The position numbers and the translations under genes were made by a program. A stretch of 64,000 nucleotides of DNA from Mobula hypostoma (lineage: Eukaryota): positions 215,204,001-215,268,000 of the forward strand of contig NC_086097.1 of assembly GCF_963921235.1 (NCBI RefSeq). Reading direction: 5' to 3'. The stretch's first letter is position 1; each line of letters opens with the position of its first letter. The notes beneath the pieces are model-generated. The model made no database searches and had not been told where the DNA came from. It worked only from the letters and a program-made list of their open reading frames with translations. Positions 1 through 12,051 of this stretch are shown one piece after another.

Positions 1-962
1 TAATATTCCCTTTAAACTTTTCCCCCCTCACCCTTAACCCATGTCCTCTGGTTTTTTTCTCCCCTTGCCTCAGTGGAAAAAGCCTGCTTGCATTCACTCT
101 ATCAATACCCATCATAATTTTATATACCTCTATCAAATCTCCCCTCATTCTTCTACGCTCCAGGGAATAAAGTCCTCACCTATTCAACCTTTCTCTGTAA
201 CTGAGTTTCTCAAGTCCCGGCAACATCCTTGTAAACCTTCTCTGCACTCTTTCAACCTTATTTATATCTTTCCCGTAATTTGGTGAATTTGGTGACCAAA
301 ACTGAACACAATACTCCAGATTCGGCCTCACCAATGCCTTATACAACCTCATCATAACATTCCAGCTCTTATACTCAATACTTCGACTAATAAAGGCCAA
401 TGTACCAAAAGCTCTCTTTACGACCCTATCTACCTGTGACGACACTTTTAGGGAATTTTGTATCAGTATTCCCAGATCCCTCTGTTCCACTGCACTCCTC
501 AGTGCCTTACCATTAACCCTGTATGTTCTACCTTGGTTTGTCCTTCCAACGTGCAATACCTCACACTTGTCAGTATTAAATTCCATCTGCCATTTTTCAG
601 CCCATTTTTCCAGATGGTCCAAGTCCCTCTGCAGGCTCTGAAAACCTTCCTCACTGTCTACTACACCTCCAATCTTTGTATCATCAGCAAACTTGCTGAT
701 CCAATTTACCACATTATCATCCAGTTCATTGATATAGATGACAAATAACAATGGACCCAGCACTGATCCCTGTGGCACACCACTAGTCACAGGCCTCCAC
801 TCAGAGAGGCAATTCTCTACCACCACTGTCTGGCTTCTTCCATCGAGCCAATGTCTAATCCAATTTACCACCTCTCCATGTATACCTAGCGACTGAATTT
901 TCCTAACTAACCTCCCATGCGGGACCTTGTCAAAGGCCTTACTGAAGTCCATGTAGACAATA
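1..962 (-). mobile_element. CR1 LINE ORF2 (RT) fragment, 5'-truncated, running off the window edge
   Basis: ORF 176..1051 contains YMDFSKAFDKVPH, SGVPQGSVLGP, KFADDTK and LEYCVQFWSP; nearly identical to the copy at 57821-59750. Confidence 0.95.
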
Positions 963-2121
963 CATTGGACCATTGCCACATCTCCATCCAGAATGCTTAC
1001 CGTGCTATTCCACGCCCTCACTTCGGGAAGTCTGATCACCTGGCTGTACATCTACTCCTTGAGTATAGGCAGAGACTGAAGACAGCAGCACGGGTAGTGA
1101 GGACCAGGAAGTTATGGACAAGGGAAGTACAGGGGTGCCTACAGGGCTGCTTTGAATCAGTGGACTGGACTGTATTCAGGGATTCATCTTTGAACCTGGA
1201 TGAGTATGCTGAAGTTCTTACCGACTTCATTAAAACCTGTGTGGATGAGTGTGTGGCTACAAAGACTTATTGTACATTCCCAAACCAAAAGCCATAGATG
1301 AACCAGGAGGTATGTCATCTGCTGATGGCTAGATCTGTGGCATTCAAGTCTGGTGACCCAGGCCTGCACCTGAAAACCAAGTGTGATTTGTGGAGGGCTA
1401 TTTCAAGTGCGGAGAGACAATTTCGAATGAGGTTAGAGGCAACATCGGATGTACGGCAACTCTGGCAGGGTGTGCAAGACATTACTTCCTACAAAGCAAA
1501 ACCCAATAGTATGAATGGCAGCGATGCTTCACTACCAGATGAACTCAACACCTTCTATGCACACTTTGAAAGGGAGAACACAACTACAGCTGTGAAGATC
1601 CCTGCTGCATCTGATGACCCTGTGATCTCCATCTCAGAGGCTGATGTCAGCTAGTCAGCTCCATCTTGTCTAGTCAGATCTAGTCAGCTCTATCTTGGGT
1701 ATTGGCTTACAAAGTACCCAGGACATCTTCATGGTGTGGTGTCTCAGTAAGGCAGCATCCATTATTAAGGACCTCCAGCACCAAGGGTATGCCCTTTTCT
1801 CACTGTTACGATCAGGTAGGAGGTACAGAATCCTGAAGCACACACTCAGCGATTCAGGAACAGCTTCTTCCCCTCTGCCATCCGATTCCTAAGTGGACAT
1901 TGAACCCTTGGACACTACCTCACTTTTTTAAAAAATATACAGTATTTCTGTTTTTTGCACGTTTTTTTAATCTAATCAACATATGTATACTGTAATTGAT
2001 TTACTTACTATTAGCTTTATTTTAACTTTTTCTTCTCCATTATATATTGCATTGAACTGCCACTGCTAAGTTAACAAATTTCATGTTACATGCTAGTGAT
2101 AATAAACCTTATTCTGATTCT
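963..2121 (+). mobile_element. Degenerate Rex1/Babar LINE with an internal deletion near 1650-1695
   Basis: NTLDHC..IQNAYRAIPRPHFGKSDH and FPNQKP..NQEV motifs, then the C-terminal IIKDLQHQGYALFSLLRSGRRYR and an aataaa...(ttctga) tail. Confidence 0.8.
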
Positions 2122-3569
2122 GAAATCACCTTCAATTCTTTTCCTGTTTATACTGACACTCATTTAACATTCAGGCCTTTTTTTGGTTTAACTATCATTT
2201 CTGTTATTTCTTTGGAATATATCACTTCAATTCCAAATTATCAAAAATATAAAACAAAATATAAAAATACTCCAATGAACTACTATCTCCTGTTAACAGC
2301 AATTCTTTGCAACCAAACAGTTACACTGCGTGCTTAAGGAGCTGTCTCCATGCAGCTTTAACACTTCAATCGTTCAAGCCATGTGGGTGAAAACAGCATT
2401 TTTCTCACGACTTCAAGCAAACATATAACTCAAAGAATTATACAAAACTTTGGAGAAAAAGTGCTTTACAACATTTTTCTGAGAACATAAATTTGCCAAT
2501 TCACTTAGAATTCCAATTATTTTCTGTATTTCTTTTCCCTCTTGGAAAAAGAAGATATGAATGCACTGCACTGTTCACTCCTCAGTACTTTTATGGCGAA
2601 TGAGGAATACAACGTAACCCCCCCTACCGAAGACAAATGCATTCTGGCAGGCGTGAGCAATCAATCATGCGTTGAAGACTGAATTCAGGACTTTACAAGT
2701 CAGTGACAGATTCATTGCTCAATACTTTAGAAGAATACCTTGTATGCACATTCTCAGCATGTTCAACGAAATATATTTGCATGTTTTAAAGTAATATCCT
2801 TTTTTCCTCAAAATGAAATAATATTCACATTAAATAATTTATTTTAACTCTTTTATAAAAATACTTGAACTACTATTTATCACTAAATTGAACAGATTTC
2901 AACTTTGTCACACTCGCATTTACCCTAACTATGCCACACATAATTTTGTATACAGTAATTTATCAAATCTCCCCTCATTCCAAGGACACAAGTCTTACTT
3001 ATTCAGTCTTTCACTATAATTCAGGTCCTTAAGTCCTGGCAACGTCCTTGTAAATTTTCTCTATACTCTTTCATTGGAGGTGTATAGGGCCTTTTACAAA
3101 ATGATTTGGTGGATAATATAATGATACAATGCTAAACAGGACCTCTGTATACTTCTAAGTTAACAACATGTGTCTAGGATGACTCTGAGGCAATAGGCAG
3201 TGTTTATTGCTCCTGACATATACAGGGATTTTGAAAGATCACTGTAGCAGTTGAATGTAACCACCAAAGTGAGGCAGAAGTAGAGCTTGACAGGACAACA
3301 GTAATTGCATGCTCCCTAGTTTATCACTTTGGACATTTTCAAGTCATCAATTTCATGTTTATTGTTCTAATTGCTGTGACAGCAGTTGCTAATGAAGAGC
3401 AACAAAATGGAATAAGCTGACTAACTCAACCAAAATATAGCTAAATTATCATGTGGAAGATTCAGAATCCCAGGTGAATGGCGGAACAGCATAATGCAGA
3501 AATAAGAAGTCTTGATGCAGGGCCTCGGCAATTCATTTCCCTTCACAGATGCTGCCTAACCCATTGAAT

Positions 3570-6500
3570 TAGAGTCATAGAAAAGTACAGCAAGGAAAGT
3601 GGCCCTATGGCCCATCTAGTCTGTGCTCAACCATCTAAACTGCCTACTCCCATCGACACGCACTGGGACCATAACCCTCCATACCTCTGCCATCCATGTA
3701 ACTTCTCTTAAACATTGAAACTGAGCTCGCATGCACCACTTGCGCTGGCAGCTTGTTCCACACTCTCATAACCCTCTGAGTGAAGAAGTTTCCCCTCATG
3801 TTCCCCTTAAACTTTTCACGTTTCACCCTTAACCCATGATCTCTAGTTATAGTCCCACCCAACCTTAGAAACATAGAAAATAGGTGCAGGAGTAGGCCAT
3901 TCGGCCCTTCGAGCCTGCACCGCCATTTATTATGATCATGGCTGATCATCCAACTCAGAACCCAGCCTTCCCTCCATACCCCCGACCCCTGTAGCCACAA
4001 GGGCCATATCTAACTTCCTTTTAAACATAGCTAATGAACTGGCCTCAACAGTTTGCTGTGGCAGAGAATTCCACAGATTCACCACTCTCTGTGTGAAGAA
4101 GTTTTTCCTAATCTCGGTCCTAAAAGGCTTCCCCTCTATCCTCAAACTGTGACCCCTCGTTCTGGACCTCCCCAACATCGGGAACAATCTTCCCGCATCC
4201 AGCCTGTCCAATCCCTTTAGGATCTTATACGTTTCAATCAGATCCCCCCTCAATCTTCTAAATTCCAACGAGTACAAGCCCAGTTCATCCAGTCTTTCTT
4301 CATATGAAAGACCTGCCATCCCAGGAATCAATCTGGTGAACCTTCTTTGTACTCCCTCTATGGCAAAGATGTCTTTCCTCAGATTAGGGGACCAAAACTG
4401 CACACAATACTCCAGGTGTGGTCTCACCAAGGCCTTGTACAACTGCAGTAGTACCTCCCTGCTCCTGTACTCGAATCCTCTCGTTATAAATGCCAGCATA
4501 CCGTTCGCCTTTTTCACCGCCTGCTGTACCTGCATGCCCACTTTCAATGACTGGTGTATAATGACACCCAGGTCTCGTTGCACCTCCCCTTTTCCTAATC
4601 GGCCACCATTCAGATAATAATCTGTTTTCCTATTTTTGCCACCAAAGTGGATAACTTCACATTTATCCACATTAAATTGCATCTGCCATGAGTTTGCCCA
4701 CTCACCCAACCTATCCAAGTCACCCTGCATCCTCTTAGCATCCTCCTCACTGCTAACACTGCCACCCAGCTTCGTGTCATCCGCAAACTTGGAGATGCTG
4801 CATTTAATTCCCTCATCCAAGTCATTAATATATATTGTAAATAACTGGGGTCCCAGCACTGAGCCTTGCGGTACCCCACTAGTCACCGCCTGCCATTCTG
4901 AAAAGGTCCCGTTTATTCCCACTCTTTGCTTCCTGTCTGCTAACCAATTCTCCACCCACACCAATACCTTACCCCCAATACCGTGTGCTTTAAGTTTTCA
5001 CACTAATCTCCTGTGTGGGACCTTGTCAAAAGCCTTTTGAAAATCCAAATATACCACATCCACTGGTTCTCCCCTATCCACTCTACTAGTTACATCCTCA
5101 AAAAATTCTATGAGATTCGTCAGACATGATTTTCCTTTCACAAATCCATGCTGACTTTGTCCAATCATTTCACCGCTTTCCAAATGTGCTGTTATCACAT
5201 CCTTGATAACTGACTCCAGCAGTTTCCCCACCACCGACGTTAGGCTAACCGGCCTATAAATCCCCGGTTTCTCTCTCCCTCCTTTTTTAAAAAGTGGGGT
5301 TACATTAGCCACCCTCCAATCCTCAGGAACTAGTCCAGAATCTAACGAGTTTTGAAAAATTATCACTAATGCATCCACTATTTCTTGGGCTACTTCCTTA
5401 AGCACTCTGGGATGCAGACCATCTGGCCCTGGGGATTTATCTGCCTTCAATCCCTTCAATTTACCTAACACCACTTCCCTACTAACATGTATTTCACTCA
5501 GTTCCTCCATCTCACTGGACCCTCTGTCCCTTACTATTTCTGGAAGATTATTTATGTCCTCCTTAGTGAAGACAGAACCAAAGTAATTATTCAATTGGTC
5601 TGCCATGTCCTTGCTCCCCATAATCAATTCACCTGTTTCTGTTTGCAGGGGACCTACATTTGTCTTTATCAGTCTTTTCCTTTTTACATATCTATAAAAG
5701 CTTTTACAGTCCGTTTTTATGTTCTCTGCCAGTTTTCTCTCATAATCTTTTTTCCCCTTCCTAATTAAGCCCTTTGTCCTCCTCTGCTGAACTCTGAATT
5801 TCTCCCAGTCCTCAGGTGAGCCACTTTCTCTGGCTAATTTGTATGCTACTTCTTTGGAATTGATACTATCCCTAATTTCTCTTGTCAGCCACGGGTGCAC
5901 TACCTTCCTTGATTTATTCTTTTGCCAAACTGGGATGAACAATTGTTGTAGTTCATCCATGCAACCTTTAAATGCCTGCCATTGCATATCCACCATCAAT
6001 CCTTTAAGTGTCATTTGCCAGTCTATCTTAGCTAATTCACGACTCATACCTTCAAAGTTACCCCTCTTTAAGTTCAGAACCTTTGTTTCTGAATTAACTA
6101 CGTCACTCTCCATGTTAATGAAGAATTCCACCATATTATGGTCACTCTTACCCAAGGGGCCTCTCACGACAAGATCGCTAATTAACCCTTCCTCATTGCT
6201 CAAAACCCAGTCCAGAATAGCCTGCTCTGTAGTCGGTTCCTCGACATGTTGGTTCAAAAAACCATCCCGCATACATTCCAAGAAATCCTCTTCCTCAGCA
6301 CCTTTACCAATTTGGATAAAGCCTGCTTGCATTAACCCTATCTATATGCCTCATGATTTCGTATACCTCTATCAAATCTCCCCTCAATCTTCTACTTTCC
6401 AAGCTATATATTCCTAACCTATTCAATCTTTCCTCATAACTCAGGTCATTGAGTCCCAGTAACAGCCCTGCAATTTTTTTCTGTACTCTTTCAGTCTTAC

Positions 6501-6605
6501 TTATATCTTTCCTGTAGGTAGGTGAACAAAACTGCACACAATATTTCAAGTTAAGCTTCTCCAATGTCTTATAGAACTTAAACATAACACCCATCTCCTG
6601 TACTC
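3570..6605 (-). mobile_element. Old CR1 3' fragment split by a younger CR1
   Basis: Host reads cccaaccttag | tggataaagcctgcttgc across the insert; GNFFTQRV (3644 ORF) and KYCVQFCSP (6304 ORF) motifs. Confidence 0.8.
3866..6315 (-). mobile_element. Young 5'-truncated CR1 (subfamily A); ORF2 broken by one nonsense change at 4998
   Basis: ORFs 4998..6332 and 3936..4964 are in the same frame; TGC>TGA relative to the copy at 26988-31112; (catagaaa) tail. Confidence 0.97.
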
Positions 6606-7069
6606 TTCCAGCGAATTGTGTTTTGCTCTGATTCTAGCACCTGCAGTCACTTGTGTCTTCACATTTTAAAATCCTGGGATCGGTCAATCCTACCTAACTT
6701 TTTTTCTTCCTAAAGAACCCAGGCCTTTCAAGTTTTCCTGATAAATATTGAACAGTTGTGTAGCAACCTTCCAACATTGTTTGTCCGGAACAGTGCACAA
6801 CATTCTAAATGCAGACGGTAATGAAGACCCAGAGAAGTCAGTCAGTTGACAATAAATGCAGAGATTTGAAATCTGTAACATATATTGACAGTTATAAGAC
6901 GCCAAGACAGCAAGATGTCAATTGTTACTGTTAAACGTGAAATTAACAAATATTTTTTAACTAAAGACATTAAGGGAAAATGCAGGTATATTTTGTAAGT
7001 CACAAATTAGTCTTGAATGCTGGAATGGGTTGAGAGATGAAGTGGCCATTCCTACATTCTAGTAATGTC

Positions 7070-7495
7070 TCTGGGCCTGAATTCGCTGAGTTAGAAGAAT
7101 GTCTGGTGATCTCATTGAAACCTATCAAATATTGAAAGGCCTAGATAAAGTGGATATGGAGAGGATGTTTCCTATAATGGGGAAGTCTAGGACCAGAGGG
7201 CATAGCCCCAGTGTACAAGGATAACCATTTAGAACAGAAATGAGGAGGAATTTCTTCAGCCTGAGGGTGGTGAATCTGTAGAATCCGCAGCCACTGACAG
7301 CTATGAAGGCCAGGTCATTAGGTATATTTAAAGCAGAGATTGATAGGGTTCTTGATTAGTAAGAATGTCAAAGGTTACTGGGAGAAGACAGGAGAATGGG
7401 TTGAGAGGGATAATAAATCAACCATAATGGGATGGCAGAACAGACTTGATGGGCTGAATAGCCTAATTCTGCTCCTATGTCTTATGTTCTTATGA
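7070..7495 (+). mobile_element. Degenerate CR1 3' end
   Basis: GDLIETYQILKGLDK..MFP..GKSRTRGH-like sequence, 3' UTR gggctgaatagcctaattctgctcct and (tcttatg) tail. Confidence 0.85.
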
Positions 7496-8465
7496 TTAAT
7501 TCCATTGATTATTACAGCATCTCTCAGCTTTACTGTTACTGATAAACATATTATTATTATTATTATTTTTAAACATTTCAATATCAATGTAAATTCCAGT
7601 GAAGCCAAATAGCTTGCAAAGTGAACCGAAATCTAGGTCACCAGAGCGGCGGTTCTGAGTGCTGAACGCTAAGCCTAGTATAATATTGTTTTTGCTTATA
7701 GAAGGATAAATGATTCATGACAATAGCAGCAAGTAAGTTCTAATTACACAGTAAAACATAGGAAATCATTAAATACAAGACATAAGTGGTCTGCCGAAGA
7801 ACAGATGACATTGATTTGCAAATTAAATTCAATGGATGGTTGCAAAATGGATTAAGCAATTACCTGAGAATTTATTTTCATGTGGCCAATTACACAAATA
7901 ATAACATTCGTAATAACATAAAATTGCTTTAATTTGTAGGGATATTTGTTGTTTGCTCATCGATCAAAGGTAGGTGTAGGAATTCAGGCAAATTGAAATT
8001 AAGTAATTTTAAAGAAGACAGTGTATGAGTTGTATTCAAAATAATCACTGCCTTTACATATTAGAACTGTAACTTCTACAGTTTAGAGCATTTCATTTAC
8101 AAAAATGGAGCTAATTGGGAGCATTGTAGTTTCTATCTGGATGATTGGATATGTTAGTGCTGTGGTTAATTTGCATCGACCCAGAGGTAGAAGTTTCCTC
8201 CCATTGTGGCTGCTGTGAAATTTAAATTAAAGTACTTAAAATGAACCTGGAATTAAAAAATGGCTGGACCTGGTAGCATTAACGTTGCAACCACTGATAC
8301 ATTGCAAACTACCATGTGGTTCAAAAAATCCTTCAGGAAAGGATATCTAGTGTCCGTGCCTTGTTTGGTCCTTAACTGCCTCCTCAGTCCTGGGTAACAA
8401 CTGTTGACATTGTCTCTGATGTCCACATTTTATAAATGAATAAATGAAGAAAAATGCCTTTTTGG

Positions 8466-8785
8466 GAGGCTAATGCATGGTAATGTAGCAGTTAGTGCTA
8501 TCACTTTAGGATGCCAGAATCACTGATTGGGGATCAATTCCATTTGCTGACTGTGAGGAGTCTGCATGCTCTTCCCATGACTATGCTCCAGTTTTCTTCC
8601 ACGCTCCAAAGGTGTACGACTAAGTTTAGTGAGTTGTGGGTATGCTATGTTGGCGCTGGAAACTTGGCGACACTTGTGGGCTGCACCCAGCGCATAACAA
8701 TGATGAAAATGACAAATTCAACTGTATGTTTTGATGTTTCAAACTACATGCAACAAATAAAGCTAATCTTAAAATCTATCTAAGA
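8466..8785 (+). mobile_element. tRNA-derived SINE (V-SINE-like)
   Basis: Box A-like gtagcagttag, box B-like gggatcaattcc, central aggagtctgcatgctcttcccatgact, tail aaataaagctaatct; homologous to 20005-20440. Confidence 0.65.
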
Positions 8786-9415
8786 TTAAAATTGGAATAA
8801 ATAATTAAAGCAAATAATATGTTAAAAAATGATAAAAACTACTGAACAAAAGTAAAATAATTTTGAAGAATGTGAATCCACTTCCGCTTTGCCTCTGAAA
8901 TCTCTAGTCCTACAATCCCTGAGGATATCAGTGGCATCTCAGATCCAGAGGCAGGTCTAACTTGGCTCAGGACTGCAGAGGTGATGGCACTTTGCGAATG
9001 CAGAGGAAAAAACCTGAAAATATTTTGCAGCTTAAATATTTGTAGAAATGTTGCTGCACAAAAGAATCCTTGATGAGTAGATACATAAAGAGACTCCTAA
9101 GAATATAAACTTCTATTTCAGTACAATGAGTGTCATGAAATCTTTAAACACCAGAGTACCACAACGCTGCAACATCAATTTAAAAATAAGTGTGAGGATT
9201 GGCTTCAAAGTACCTCAAAAGTGAATGGAGGGCAATTTTCAACTATGCTTCAGTGTGTCAAACTGGTCATCCATGTATTGGGTTCTTATTTTAGAAGTAG
9301 TATGAAATTCTTTCCCATTGATTAACTTTTGGGACTCAGTGAGATGGGTATCCAATTGTAATGCAATAGCAAGTTAAATACTGCCCTTGATATTTCTTAA
9401 TTTAATTAAGACCTG

Positions 9416-10284
9416 TCTCTGAGTGTGAACAAAACAAAAGAGATGGTTGTTGACTTCAGGAGAGCACGGAGCAACCACTCTCCGCTGAACATTGACAGCT
9501 CCTCCGTTGAGATCGTTAAGAGCACTAAATTTCTTGGTGTTCACCTGGCAGAGAATCTCACCTGGTCCCTCAACACCAGCTCCATAGCAAAGAAAGCCCA
9601 GCAGCATCTCTACTTTCTGCGAAGGCTGAGAAAAGTCCATCTCCCACCCCCCCATCCTCACCACATTCTACAGAGGTTGTATTGAGAGCATCCTGAGCAG
9701 CTGCATCACTGCCTGGTTCAGAAATTGCACCATCTCGGATCACAAGACCCTGCAGTGGATAGTGAGGACAGCTGAGAAGATCATCATCATCTTCCCGCTA
9801 TTATAGACATTTACACCGCACGCTGCACCCGTAAAGCTAACAGCATTGTGAAGGACCCCACACACCCCTCATACAAACTCTTCTCCCTCCTGCCATCTGG
9901 CGAAAGGTACCAAAGCATTCGGGCTCTCACAACCAGACTGTGTGATAGTTTCTTCCCCCAAGCCATCAGACTCCTCAATACTCAGAGTCTAGACTGACAT
10001 CTACATCATTTATTATTATATTGTAATCTGTCCTCTACTGTGCCTATTGTCTTGTTTATTAATTATTGTACTGCCCTGCACTGTTTTGTGCACTTTATGT
10101 AGTTCTGTGCAGGTCTGCAGTTTTTATGTTGTTCTACATAGTCTAGTGTAGCCTTGTGCTTTCTCACATAGTCTGGTGTTGTTTCATGTAGCACCATGGT
10201 CCTGGAGGAATGCTGTTTCGTTTTACTGTGTACTGTACCAGCAGCTTATGGTCGAAATGACGATAAACTTGACTTGACTTGACT
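9416..10284 (+). mobile_element. Rex1/Babar LINE 3' fragment
   Basis: KTKEMVVDFRR..KFLGVHLAENLTWSLN..KKAQQHLYFLRRL; ends in (gactt)n. Confidence 0.92.
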
Positions 10285-10319
10285 ACAGTTTGAGTAACAG
10301 GATGCAAAGGACGTCAGTG

Positions 10320-10530
10320 ATTATACTTTTTATACTTTATACTTTATTGTCGCCAAACAATTGGTACTAGAACGTACAATCGTCACAGCGATATTTGATT
10401 CTGCGCTTCACACTCCCTGGATTACAAATATTAAATATTAAAAGTAGTTAAAATTAATAAATATTAAAAATTTAAATTGTAAATCGTAAATAGAAAAATG
10501 GGAAGTAAGGTAGTGCAAAAAAACTAGATA
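10320..10530 (-). mobile_element. Short LINE 3'-UTR/tail fragment, family unresolved
   Basis: Minus strand ends gacaataaagtataaagtataaaaagtataa, a polyA signal plus short-repeat tail. Confidence 0.5.
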
Positions 10531-10624
10531 ATACTGCCTTTCAAAAGCTACATTTCTTTCATGTCAACTTTGACTACTGTGACAGATATTTATTTTTTTA
10601 AATGCCTTCAGGAAATAATACAAT

Positions 10625-10978
10625 CATAGAACTTAAAAGCACATTATAGGCCCTTCGGCCCACAATGTTATACCGACCATGTAACCTACTCTAGAAATTA
10701 CCTAGATTTACCTTACCGCATAGCCCACTATTTTTCTAAGCTCCAAGTACCTTTTTAAGAGTCTGTTAAAAGACCCTATTGTATCCACCTCTAGCACAAT
10801 TGCCAGCAGTGTATTCCACACAACCACCACTCTCTGTGTAAAAAATTTGCCTGTGCCATCCCCCCTTGTCCCTACTTCCAAGCACCTTAAATCTATGCCC
10901 CCTTGTATTAGTCACTTCAGCCCTGGGAAAAAACCTCTGGCTATCCACATGATTAATGCTTTTCATCATTTTATACAC
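10625..10978 (-). mobile_element. CR1 3' fragment
   Basis: VDSQRFFPRAEVTNTRGHRFKV; ggcccttcggccc 3' UTR. Confidence 0.85.
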
Positions 10979-11940
10979 AAAGTTAGATAACTCTAACTCT
11001 GAGCTGAAGCAGAAAGAGGAGGGAAATTGTGTTTCAGCTTAGCAAGTAGATACTAAGAGTGCTTTGAGATGAGAAGGGATGTACACATATTTGTTTTGAG
11101 ACTAGCTGATGATCTCTGGCATGTGGTTAGCTTCAGATTCAGAATCAGGTTGATTATCACTGGCATGAGATGTGCAATTTGTTAATTTAACAGCAGCAGT
11201 TCAATGCAATACATAAAATAGAAGAAAAAATAATAGTAATAATAACAATAAATAAGTAAATCTTATTCAGTATACTTTATACAGTGTACATATATTGAAT
11301 AGATTAAAAATCATGCAAAAAAACAGAATTACTATATATAAAAAAATGAGGTAGTGTCCAAGGGTTCATAGATATTAAAATGTGGTTGTGATGCAGCTAT
11401 TACAGCAGGAACTGTCTAACGTGCAACTTCCAGATCACATGCAATTAGCTATTCAGTGTATGTCTTCTGATGCCTAAAGATGGTTAAACCCTCTACAAAC
11501 AAAAATCACAGCCCATTAATAGTGCTTGATGCATTGTGCTAATTGCCCTTGTGAGGGAACATTTGGAGAAAGATCACACTTAAAGGGCATAATCGCTGGT
11601 GTCTCCTGTGGATTGAGCAGTACTGCCTTGGAGTTCAAGTCAAATGAGATCACAGGCCCTTTACACTAAACTCTCAGGTGCCAGGGTAAGGATTGTCGTG
11701 GGGAGAAGTGTGTTGGTTTCTCAATCCCTCATGAACAGACAAGACAGATCATTTAAGTGATCCATTGACAACTGGTGCATTTACATTACCAAATATAGAT
11801 TATCAGCCATCTGAAAGATAATAATTCTGATATTAAACAATCTACGTTTTCCCTTATTTCTTTAACGCAATTATTGAACAAAATGTAGTTTTATCTAACC
11901 AAGTGAGTCATGATGATATCACCTCATTTAATACTCAAAT

Positions 11941-12051
11941 ATCATAGAAACATAGAAAACCTACAGCACAATACAGGCCCTTCGGCCCACAAAGCTGTGC
12001 CGAACATGTCCCTACCTTAGAACTACCTAGGCTTTACCCATAGCCCTCTAT
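11941..12051 (-). mobile_element. CR1 3' UTR/tail only
   Basis: (catagaaa) tail plus acaggcccttcggcccaca. Confidence 0.8.

Noticed and set aside
4336..6417. Plus-strand ORFs repeated at 27466-29640 and elsewhere
   Set aside because: Antisense shadows of CR1 ORF2
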